From NCBI GenBank assembly GCA_050250895.1, contig JBFWNU010000001.1:3648149-3712148 (forward strand): 64,000 nt of DNA, given 5' to 3'. This document shows positions 19,095 through 26,926 of this stretch, in pieces. A model generated the notes under the pieces. That model searched no databases. It worked only from the letters and a program-made list of their open reading frames with translations, and was not told the origin of the DNA. Both the position numbers and the translations under genes were made by a program. Within the stretch, counting starts at the first letter, position 1. Every line of letters begins with the position of its first letter. The stretch comes from Vulcanimicrobiota bacterium (lineage in GTDB: Bacteria; Vulcanimicrobiota; Xenobia; Xenobiales; JADMJV01).

Positions 19095-20089
19095 ATCTGG
19101 CTCCATTCCCACCCATGGCAGACGACCAGCCCCAACAGGCACCGCCGGTGCATGGCTAACTCGGTAAGGCGTTCGTCATACTCGGCCTGGGACACCGTCT
19201 CGAAGCCCAGGTCTCGCAGCCGGCTCAGGTCTCGGGACGAGGGGGGCTGCTTCGAAGGCTCCATGTGGGCTTCTTCGAGGGTGTCGAGATAGCGAGAGAT
19301 CGATTGTCGCAGCGGTTTGATGGGCAGTCTCGAGACATCCTCGGCCAGACCGAACTGGAGCAGGCTCAAGCCCTCGTCAAGCGTGGCCATCCGTAGGGCT
19401 AACGAGAGGTCGGGATTGGAGCCGTGGAAGAAGTGAAGGACCGGATAGGCCCGGTGCTTCTCGCTGAGCATCAGCACCTGGCGATGCAATTCACGCAGGT
19501 GGCCCTTTAATAGAAGGCCGTCGCGATAAGCCTCGACCAACTCCTCGGGCGTAGTGCCCAAGCTGCTGACATACGAGGCCGTTTGCCTTTTCTGGATGGC
19601 CGCCGAATATACCGGTAGCAGATAGGCTACCGAGAGGGTCATTAGAAAGTAGCCGCTGCCGCCGGCAGCCACGGTCAGAAGTTCCCAGGGAAAGCCATTA
19701 GGGCGAAAGTCGCCCAGACCCAGGGTAAGGATCGTGTTTCCTACGAAGTAGAGACGATCGAGCGGAGTGGCGGGATGATGCGCAAAAGTGTCGACCACGG
19801 CGTGAGAATCGCTGCAGAAGACCAGCGTCCACCCCACCCACACCAGTCCGTTCCACACCAGTAGCAGCCAGGCCAAGAGGAACGGAGAGAAACGAGAAAT
19901 GGCCTCGTGCGAAGTCCAGCCTCGTCGGCGGCCGGCCAGTAACACCTTCCAGGCCCCGTCCGAGAATAGGCGCGTCAGCGGGCCGCCCCCATCGAGGTGG
20001 AGGGTCGTGTGGAGGACATCCCAGAACGCCAAAGCCAGCAGAGGTAAGCCCAGGAGCGTGAACCACCAGCCGAACAATGAAGCATCCAT
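19091..20089 (-). CDS. Two-TM potassium channel family protein (Ion_trans_2)
   Basis: LYFVGNTILTLGLGDFRP pore loop and conserved HRAYPVLHFF segment. Confidence 0.82.
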   Translation of the reverse strand: MDASLFGWWFTLLGLPLLALAFWDVLHTTLHLDGGGPLTRLFSDGAWKVLLAGRRRGWTSHEAISRFSPFLLAWLLLVWNGLVWVGWTLVFCSDSHAVVDTFAHHPATPLDRLYFVGNTILTLGLGDFRPNGFPWELLTVAAGGSGYFLMTLSVAYLLPVYSAAIQKRQTASYVSSLGTTPEELVEAYRDGLLLKGHLRELHRQVLMLSEKHRAYPVLHFFHGSNPDLSLALRMATLDEGLSLLQFGLAEDVSRLPIKPLRQSISRYLDTLEEAHMEPSKQPPSSRDLSRLRDLGFETVSQAEYDERLTELAMHRRCLLGLVVCHGWEWSQI

Positions 20090-20172
20090 CGCCTTGATTC
20101 TAGTCGGGCGAAGGTTCGTCCAATACCTACGGTTGGATGGGGGGAGGGGCCCCCTAAGGCAGGGGAACCGGC

Positions 20173-20742
20173 TTAAAGTTGCTCGATGGTCTTACCGCTC
20201 TTGACCGATTCTGGCTGGGTGCTGACGGGGTTGCGGCGGGCGTCGGCATACTCGTCGTCGACCTTGATCAGCAGCCAGTCCTGACGTGCTTTCATCCGGA
20301 TCAGCGCATAGCCTCCCCGCAGTTTCTCCCCCTCGAGAAAAACTTTGACGTGGCCGTTCTCGACCGCGTCCTCCACCTCGACCTCCCGCTCGTCATCGTC
20401 GATGGTGAGGTTACGGTAGGTGCCCGTATCCCATACGATCACGCGCCCGGCGCCGTAGTGACCGGCTGGAATCGTCCCTTCAAAGTCGGCATAGTCGAGG
20501 GGGTGATCCTCGGTCAGCACGGCCAGCCGCTTGTCTTTCGGGTCGGTCGAGGGGCCTTTGGGGACCGCCCACGACTTCAAGACCCCGCCCGCTTCCAGGC
20601 GGAAGTCGTAGTGCAGACTGCTGGCGTCATGTTTTTGGACCACAAAGCAAGGCTTCTCCGCGCCGTCCCTCGAGCCCTCAGCCGAGGGTTCGCCGCTGGC
20701 CGCCAGGTCTCTCTTGCTCTCGTATTGATCGAGTTTGCGCAT
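20173..20742 (-). CDS. Stand-alone LigD 3'-phosphoesterase domain protein
   Basis: FVVQKHDASSLHYDFRLE, SWAVPKGPS, TEDHPLDY and YGAGRVIVWDTG. No ligase or polymerase domain. Confidence 0.92.
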   Translation of the reverse strand: MRKLDQYESKRDLAASGEPSAEGSRDGAEKPCFVVQKHDASSLHYDFRLEAGGVLKSWAVPKGPSTDPKDKRLAVLTEDHPLDYADFEGTIPAGHYGAGRVIVWDTGTYRNLTIDDDEREVEVEDAVENGHVKVFLEGEKLRGGYALIRMKARQDWLLIKVDDEYADARRNPVSTQPESVKSGKTIEQL

Positions 20743-20954
20743 GCAACCAGCCTAGCGCTTGCCGCCCAGGCGCGACACCTCCGAAGGCATCTCGCGGGTG
20801 CCCCCCAGGAGGGGTCACCACAACAGTGTTCGAGAGGGTTCGCCGCCGCCGCTCAAGGGCAGTCGCAGCAAAGGTAGTGCAGCCCTCCGGGGGGGCTGAC
20901 AGAAAACGCGGTGCCTCCGCAGAGAACCACCGGGGTGGTCTCGGCCGGGGTTAG

Positions 20955-21030
20955 GCTGGCGGCGGCGCCGTCTGGAGGTGTGGCCGCCGACTCTGTCGGG
21001 TCAGATAGACGTCGAAGCTGCCTCAGCGGT
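20955..21030 (-). pseudogene. Degenerate frameshifted fragment paralogous to the beta-propeller gene at 22209-23390
   Basis: 20977-21030 (ggtgtggccgccgactctgtcgggtcagatagacgtcgaagctgcctcagcggt) aligns by eye to 23175-23225 (ggtctgaccgctgatccggtcggtcagatagatgtcgaaggtgccagcggt); it encodes GSFDVYLT versus GTFDIYLT. Confidence 0.65.
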
Positions 21031-22073
21031 CAGCCGAGCCGGGCCGATTCCAACTCGCGATAGAGTTCCTCAAGGCCGTAGTCGAGGCAGAGCTGCTGGA
21101 AATGGGGGGCAGGATCAGCGGTGGATTCCTGCCAGGCTTGACCTGGATTCTTTGCATCGAACGCGACCAGGGCCTGCATCTTCTGGACCTGTTCGTTGGT
21201 GGGACTTTTCTCAAAGAGTTCTGCCAGCTCGCGCCAGGCCACCGAAGGTAGCTGCTCCTGGTGGATCAAAAGCCATGAGCCTTCCAGGGCTGCCTCCATT
21301 AGAATTCGCAGCACTCTGGCGGCGTAGTCGTTCCTGGCTGGGTAGGGCACGCCGTCGGGGACCTCAAGTTCAGCGAGTCGCAAGAATCCGAATACCATTT
21401 GGAGTCCAGGCTCCCGCTCGTGGGAGGCTAGAATTCGCGCTGGGTGACGATAGAGAAAGACCCGAGGGGTGGTGGGAAAAGCCTGCTCGTAGACCTGCCG
21501 GTGGAGAACATGCCAGCTATCGAGCTTGAGCAAGCCGCGACTCTCTCCAAGCATTGCCCGAACGAGGCTGGCCAGCTGATCGGGATGGCAGGGGCCACCC
21601 TGGACGGGCCTCAGCAGTTCGTCCAGGACAGGAGGCTCGGAGAGCACCACGCTTCCGGAGGCGCGCAATAGGGAACTCAAAAGAGTGGAACCGCAACGGG
21701 AAAGATGGAAAATCAGGCCACCCGGGGGCAATCCTTCACCTGGTGCTAGCCGGGTCAGACGACGGAAAATTCGGTTGATGGGACGCCTCATCTCGCGCCT
21801 CAGGTCGTCTTCATAGAAGGGCGCGTCGAGGGGGTCGCGATGCTGAATCCACTCGATCACGGGGCTCGCGTCAGGCCAGTGAGCTTTGGCCGCCATCCAG
21901 CCCTGCATCTGTGTTGGCCGAGGCTCTATTGTCTGGTGGGGGATACCAGAGCCCGGGTCAGCCCAGGCCAGACCCAGTTCTCCAAGTCGTTGAAGCAGCT
22001 TCGGCTCATCCTCAATAGCCACCAACTCCTTCCAGAGCGATGGCCTGGCCACTAAAGTGCTGCTCAGGTCCAT
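21030..22073 (-). CDS. Sulfotransferase-like P-loop protein
   Basis: IFHLSRCGSTLL PAPS-loop-like motif, VLSEP, LLKLDSW, FLYRHP..ILASH and FDAKNP. Confidence 0.75.
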   Translation of the reverse strand: MDLSSTLVARPSLWKELVAIEDEPKLLQRLGELGLAWADPGSGIPHQTIEPRPTQMQGWMAAKAHWPDASPVIEWIQHRDPLDAPFYEDDLRREMRRPINRIFRRLTRLAPGEGLPPGGLIFHLSRCGSTLLSSLLRASGSVVLSEPPVLDELLRPVQGGPCHPDQLASLVRAMLGESRGLLKLDSWHVLHRQVYEQAFPTTPRVFLYRHPARILASHEREPGLQMVFGFLRLAELEVPDGVPYPARNDYAARVLRILMEAALEGSWLLIHQEQLPSVAWRELAELFEKSPTNEQVQKMQALVAFDAKNPGQAWQESTADPAPHFQQLCLDYGLEELYRELESARLG

Positions 22074-22208
22074 TGGGCGCTCAGCCTCGTAGGTGACTGG
22101 GGATGGTTTCGAGACTCTTCGAGACGATCATTCGCCCGCCCGCCAAAGGGGGCAGCGGATAGCGCCCGGACTCCAACGATGGGTGCGAGTGTTGCTTGAC
22201 CCACCCGG

Positions 22209-23390
22209 CTAACCTCGAGGCAGGCTGAAGCCGCCGATTTCGACCTCGTCGTCGTGGATGACCAGGCTGGGCAGGGGGGCGGCGGTCTCGCCCTCGGCGA
22301 TGGCTTGCTCCATGGCCAGGTGCAGGTTCGAGGTGTCGATGGTGAAGATGCGATAGGGCTCATAGCCCTGGTCGACCCGCACCGTGGTCGGGCCGAGGTT
22401 GCGGCAACTGGTGGCCAGGGTGATGGTGCTGCCGTCGTGGCTCAGTACGGGGTGGGTCGATTCGCCATAGTCAAACCCGCCCCGGCGGTCGGCCGTGACC
22501 AGGCGCACTTCGTCGCTGTCGAGTCGACGTTCGAGGACCATCCGACCCTCTTCGGCCTGGTAGGCGACGGTGCTACCGTCGCCCGAGAGAGTGAAGCCAC
22601 CCACCCGGTCGAGGGGTCGGCCTTGCCAGTCGAGGCTCACCGCCCGGGTGTGATTAACCGAGGCGACCTGCAGCCCCTGGCGGCCGAGATAGGCCAGGGT
22701 CTGGCCGTCGGCCGACAGCTGGGGAGCCCAGCCGGGTTCGACCTGACGGGTCTGGCTGGTGCGGTCGAGGCGCACGACCTGCTCGTCTTCAGACCAGACC
22801 ACCACGCCCGCGTCGTTAGACAGGTCGGGGCTGCTCGCTTGGGTGCCCGCCAATTGCTCGAGCTGGCCGCTTTCAAGGTCGCGTAGGACCAGTCCCAGGC
22901 CCGCCGAGGTGAAAGCCACGTGCTGACCGTCCCCCGACAGGACCGGCTGGCTGCAATAGCCTTCGAGCTGTTGGCCCTGGCTGTCGAGGCTGGCCCGCTG
23001 CAAAGACTTTTGCTCGCGGTCATAGACGAAGATGTCGCGAGCGCCGTTGGTGTCGTCGGGCACCAGATTGCTGGCGTGCGAGGCGAAGGCCACGTAGCGG
23101 CCGTCGGCCGAGATCGAAGGCGCCTCGGAGCCGCCGTTGGCGGGCGAGCCGTCGGGGGCACGACTGAGCAGCTCGGTCTGACCGCTGATCCGGTCGGTCA
23201 GATAGATGTCGAAGGTGCCAGCGGTGGCTCCGGGGTGGTGCCCCATCCAGGCCACGAAACGGCCGGTGGCCGAGATATCGGGGTCGCGGGCAAAGCCAAT
23301 ATCGACCTTCCCGCTGGTGTGTTCGACCCGGCGGGTGGAGGCCTGGCTGGTCAGGGCGCGGACGACCACATCGCTCCTCATGGAAGGCAT
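22209..23390 (-). CDS. TolB-like/PD40 beta-propeller repeat protein
   Basis: Repeated PSISADGRYVAF-type blades and SNLVPDDTNGARDIFVYD. Start at 23390 or 23381. Confidence 0.85.
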   Translation of the reverse strand: MPSMRSDVVVRALTSQASTRRVEHTSGKVDIGFARDPDISATGRFVAWMGHHPGATAGTFDIYLTDRISGQTELLSRAPDGSPANGGSEAPSISADGRYVAFASHASNLVPDDTNGARDIFVYDREQKSLQRASLDSQGQQLEGYCSQPVLSGDGQHVAFTSAGLGLVLRDLESGQLEQLAGTQASSPDLSNDAGVVVWSEDEQVVRLDRTSQTRQVEPGWAPQLSADGQTLAYLGRQGLQVASVNHTRAVSLDWQGRPLDRVGGFTLSGDGSTVAYQAEEGRMVLERRLDSDEVRLVTADRRGGFDYGESTHPVLSHDGSTITLATSCRNLGPTTVRVDQGYEPYRIFTIDTSNLHLAMEQAIAEGETAAPLPSLVIHDDEVEIGGFSLPRG

Positions 23391-23431
23391 GATGACGCTA
23401 AGACGGCTCGACGGTGTTAGCGCCCTGTGAA

Positions 23432-23460
23432 CAAATGAAAAGGCCCCAGGAAGGGGCCTT
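23432..23460 (-). terminator. Intrinsic terminator after the lipoprotein gene
   Basis: AAGGCCCC-TTCCT-GGGGCCTT hairpin followed by TTCATTTG on the minus strand. Confidence 0.7.
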
Positions 23461-23484
23461 CGCTGGAACCGGGGTTCGGTTCGC

Positions 23485-24813
23485 TTAGGGGAGGATCTCG
23501 CCGTAGCTGAAGCAGCCCTCGGCCGTGCCGGCATTCTCGAAGGTCAGCCAGACCCGGCCGATCTTGTCGTCCACTTTGGTGATGGTGGCCGGGCGAACAC
23601 CCTTGGCAAACGGCGCCTGCACTTTGTCGCCGGCTTTGAGCTTAGGATGCAAAGGTAGCGGCTCGACGTCGGACTTGTCGAACACGGCCACGTCGCCTCC
23701 AAACGTGCTTACCAGCACTTTGTCGCCCGAGACGTTGATGACCTGGCCCAGGCCCTTCTCGCTGCCGTCGGGGTGCAAGACCTTGACGCCGGTCTCGACG
23801 CCGTCGTGAACAACCCGGAAGGTGCCCGGCTCGACCGGCTGATTGAACTGGTCGCCCTCGGGCTTGTTCGAGCCGTAGACCGGCTTGAAGAAATGCACTT
23901 TGGGCTTGGTCGGGTCAGCGGCATCGATGACCATGCCTCGGGTCATGTCGTCATACTTCGGAAAGCTGAGTACGATGTCGCCTTTCTTGGCCTTGGCGTC
24001 TTTGCTCAGGCTGATGACCAGCGAGTTGGGCACCTCCCAGCTCTTGCCCTCGTCCTCTACGGTCGAGGTCTCGGGGCCGGGTTTTACCATCTTGCGGTCG
24101 CGGAAACCGCGAGGGTTCTTCTTGCCCATCTTGAGCATGTCGTTGATCTCTTTGTCAGAGGGGGCGAACACCAGGTCGCCGGGCTTGGCCGCCACTTCCA
24201 TCGCCGGGAAGTCATAAGGCAGATTGCCCTCCCCGGCCGCCCCTTCGCTGGTCACCTTGACTTTGAAGTCGCCTTTGAGAGCGGCTCCCTTGTCGTCGGT
24301 CAGGTCGAAAGTGCCGGACATCTCGGTGTCGGAGAGGTCGCTCACCACCACCGTCCCCTTGGGGTTCTCGAAGTTATAGCGCTGCTGTCTTCCGTCTTCG
24401 AAGTAGACGATGTCGGTGTAGGCAATGGCGTCGTCTTTATACTCGCCGGCCGGGATAGGGGTCTTGAATTCGGAGCCTTCGGGGCTCTTGAGACCCAGCA
24501 CCACCCGGGTCTGGCCCTCGGTTACATCGGCCACGCTGCTGATGTTGCGGGGGGTGACCACGAAGTCGTAGCTGCCCACAGTGATGGCTCCCGTGCGGGT
24601 GTCGGTCCGCGGGTCATACCAGCCGCTGGCCGGCTCGAAAGAGAGTTCTTTGCCCTCGGCGATCTTCACCTCGAGGGCGGCTTTGGCCGCCTCGGGCGTG
24701 GTCGCCTCCGAGCCGGTCGCGCCCGGAGTGGCGGGGCCGGAGGGCTCGGTCTTGGGCTGGCAGCCTACCAGCACCACGGATAACAATAGTAGAAGGATCA
24801 GGTTTCTCTGCAT
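23485..24813 (-). CDS. Lipoprotein, hypothetical; C-terminal half has Tudor/SH3-like repeats
   Basis: Lipobox LVGC; repeated motifs KPGDLVFA, KKGDIVLS and KAGDKVQA...ATITKVD. Confidence 0.8.
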   Translation of the reverse strand: MQRNLILLLLLSVVLVGCQPKTEPSGPATPGATGSEATTPEAAKAALEVKIAEGKELSFEPASGWYDPRTDTRTGAITVGSYDFVVTPRNISSVADVTEGQTRVVLGLKSPEGSEFKTPIPAGEYKDDAIAYTDIVYFEDGRQQRYNFENPKGTVVVSDLSDTEMSGTFDLTDDKGAALKGDFKVKVTSEGAAGEGNLPYDFPAMEVAAKPGDLVFAPSDKEINDMLKMGKKNPRGFRDRKMVKPGPETSTVEDEGKSWEVPNSLVISLSKDAKAKKGDIVLSFPKYDDMTRGMVIDAADPTKPKVHFFKPVYGSNKPEGDQFNQPVEPGTFRVVHDGVETGVKVLHPDGSEKGLGQVINVSGDKVLVSTFGGDVAVFDKSDVEPLPLHPKLKAGDKVQAPFAKGVRPATITKVDDKIGRVWLTFENAGTAEGCFSYGEILP

Positions 24814-24923
24814 CGGCCCCTATTTTTTGGACGGGCTGGATGTCCTCTGTATGGGGGTGTTTTTTCTCCTCGGGTAGAGTCGGGGCTTCGAGGACGCGGG
24901 CCTCCCGGCCCGAAGCATCCGGC

Positions 24924-25742
24924 ATGAGATATCTTCTGCTTGCGTTGGTGGCCGTGACCGGGTTGGCTGCCGCTCAACCTGTGTTGCACACCGATGACCG
25001 CCAACTTTCGCGCGACCACCAGGTGCCCCCGTTGAAGCTGGTGGGGCCGCAGTTGTGGCCGCAAGTACCGTGGCAGCAGGTGGGCCCGGGCATCCGGCGC
25101 CGGGTGCTCTATAGTGATCGTCTGACCATGGTCTTGCTCGAGATCGAGGCGCCGGTGGATGACCAGCCGCTGCAGACGCACTATCACATTCACGACCAGG
25201 TGACCTATTTGCTCGAGGGTCGGGGCCTGGTGTCGGTCGCCGGGCAAGAGATGGAAGTGGCCGCGGGAGGAGCCTATTCGGTTCCCTCCAACGTGCATCA
25301 CGGTCTCAAGCCCTTGACCCCGCGACTGGTGCTGGTCGAGTGTTTTACTCCTACCCGCGAGGATTTTCGCCAGTCGTTGACCGAGAACGAGGTGCGCTCG
25401 TTTGTCTATCAGTGGTTCTCGCTGTTTGACCGCACCGCCCCGGCGGCCGCCTTCCTGCCTTACCTCGATGGGGAGCGGATGGTGGTGGAGTTTCCTGAAA
25501 GAACGCTTCGCTCACACCAGGATTTCGAGACCTGGTATGCCGAGGTGGTCGCGCTCTTTCCCCGGGTCAGCCACCAGGTGCGCAACCTCGAGGTGCAGGC
25601 CGAAGGGGCGGGATTCAGCGTCCGACTCGAGGTGGGTTGGACACCCGAAGGGCAGGCTACTCAGTGGTTCCGGCAGCAGTGGATTATCGACGGGCAGAGC
25701 GGGCGACCCCAGATCGTGAGCTACAAGGTCACTCCGCTTTAG
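24924..25742 (+). CDS. Secreted cupin plus SnoaL/NTF2-like fusion protein
   Basis: Signal peptide; cupin motifs HYHIHDQVTY..EG and VPSNVHHG; second domain VRSFVYQWFSLFD...VSHQVRNL. Confidence 0.75.
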   Translation: MRYLLLALVAVTGLAAAQPVLHTDDRQLSRDHQVPPLKLVGPQLWPQVPWQQVGPGIRRRVLYSDRLTMVLLEIEAPVDDQPLQTHYHIHDQVTYLLEGRGLVSVAGQEMEVAAGGAYSVPSNVHHGLKPLTPRLVLVECFTPTREDFRQSLTENEVRSFVYQWFSLFDRTAPAAAFLPYLDGERMVVEFPERTLRSHQDFETWYAEVVALFPRVSHQVRNLEVQAEGAGFSVRLEVGWTPEGQATQWFRQQWIIDGQSGRPQIVSYKVTPL

Positions 25743-26148
25743 GGGTGGGGGTCAGGGCCGACTTGGGCACGACTTCGAACATACGAATGTGGGTGCCGTC
25801 GGCATCACCCTGGGCCACGATATAGCCGCCTTTGCGGTTGGGGTCGACCGCCTTGCAATAGTAGAACGAAGAGTCGGGAGTGCAGTTGCCGTCGGACCAA
25901 TGGCCGGGGCGCAGTTTGTTCCAACCCGGTTGCTTGGCCAGCAACTCGTCGTAATGTTTGCGCACCTCGATCTCGCCGTGGTTGGACATAAAGACGCGGG
26001 TGTAGGCGATATAGTCACCCATGTCTTTGTCGCCGCTCTCCTTGGCCAGGAAGAGGGCCCCGGGATAGGTCGGCAGGTCGAAGGCGTCGTTGGCGGGTTG
26101 ACACCCGGCCAGGGCGAGCAGCAAAGTCAAAAATAGCAGGCGTCGCAT
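25729..26148 (-). CDS. Lipoprotein, hypothetical
   Basis: MRRLLFLTLLLALAGC lipobox and LPTYPGA motif. The longer ORF in the track is the antisense of actA. Confidence 0.75.
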   Translation of the reverse strand: MRRLLFLTLLLALAGCQPANDAFDLPTYPGALFLAKESGDKDMGDYIAYTRVFMSNHGEIEVRKHYDELLAKQPGWNKLRPGHWSDGNCTPDSSFYYCKAVDPNRKGGYIVAQGDADGTHIRMFEVVPKSALTPTPKAE

Positions 26149-26277
26149 TCGGCTTGTTTCAGGATGCAAGCGGAGAACCCTACCTCCTGAGGATGCCCCC
26201 CCGCGGACCGCACGTATGTATCCGCTGCCGGTAGCCTCCGGTAGGCTCGGAGGGAAACTCCTCGGGGGAAAAAATGC

Positions 26278-26922
26278 GTGCAGCCGCCTTTTACAAAACA
26301 AGCCGACCCCTTTCTTCGCTGGATCGTGCTGCTGCTGGTGGTTGGCTCGCTGGGATCGGTCATTGCCCTGGCCCTGGCTGCTCACTCGGACCAAATCACC
26401 GGCGAGGGGTATGCCCCCGCCCAGCCGGTGCCCTTCAGCCACGAGCACCATGTGGGCCGCCTGGGCCTCGACTGCCGCTATTGTCACGGGGGGGTCGAAA
26501 CAGGGGCTTTTGCGGGCGTCCCTGCCACCAGCGTCTGTATGACCTGCCACTCGCAACTGTTCACCCAGGAAGAGATGCTCGAGCCCGTCCGCCAGAGCCT
26601 TTACCAGAACAAGCCTATCCATTGGACGCGGGTCCACAATCTGCCCGACTACGTCTACTTCGACCACAGCATCCACCTCAGCAAAGGCGTGGGCTGCGCC
26701 GAATGCCACGGTCCGGTCGCCAAAATGCCGCTGATGCGCAAGGCCCACTCGATGACCATGTCGTGGTGCCTGGATTGCCATCGCGATCCAGGCCCTCGCC
26801 TGCGCGACCAAGAGCTTCTTTTCAATACCGTCGACCAGCCACCTCGCGACCCCGACCGGCTGATGCAAGAGTATCACGTCAATACCGAGGGTCTGACCTC
26901 ATGCACAGCCTGTCACAGGTGA
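26278..26922 (+). CDS. actA: Alternative complex III pentaheme cytochrome c subunit
   Basis: N-terminal TM, QPVPFSHEHH and five CxxCH motifs (CRYCH, CMTCH, CAECH, CLDCH, CTACH). Confidence 0.92.
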   Translation: MQPPFTKQADPFLRWIVLLLVVGSLGSVIALALAAHSDQITGEGYAPAQPVPFSHEHHVGRLGLDCRYCHGGVETGAFAGVPATSVCMTCHSQLFTQEEMLEPVRQSLYQNKPIHWTRVHNLPDYVYFDHSIHLSKGVGCAECHGPVAKMPLMRKAHSMTMSWCLDCHRDPGPRLRDQELLFNTVDQPPRDPDRLMQEYHVNTEGLTSCTACHR

Positions 26923-26926
26923 TGAA

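Noticed and set aside
20810-20970. Candidate structured ncRNA or riboswitch (several hairpins and a long-range CGCCGCC/GGCGGCG pairing)
   Set aside because: It matches no family I recognise, such hairpins are expected at this GC content, and part of the region is explained by the pseudogene fragment.
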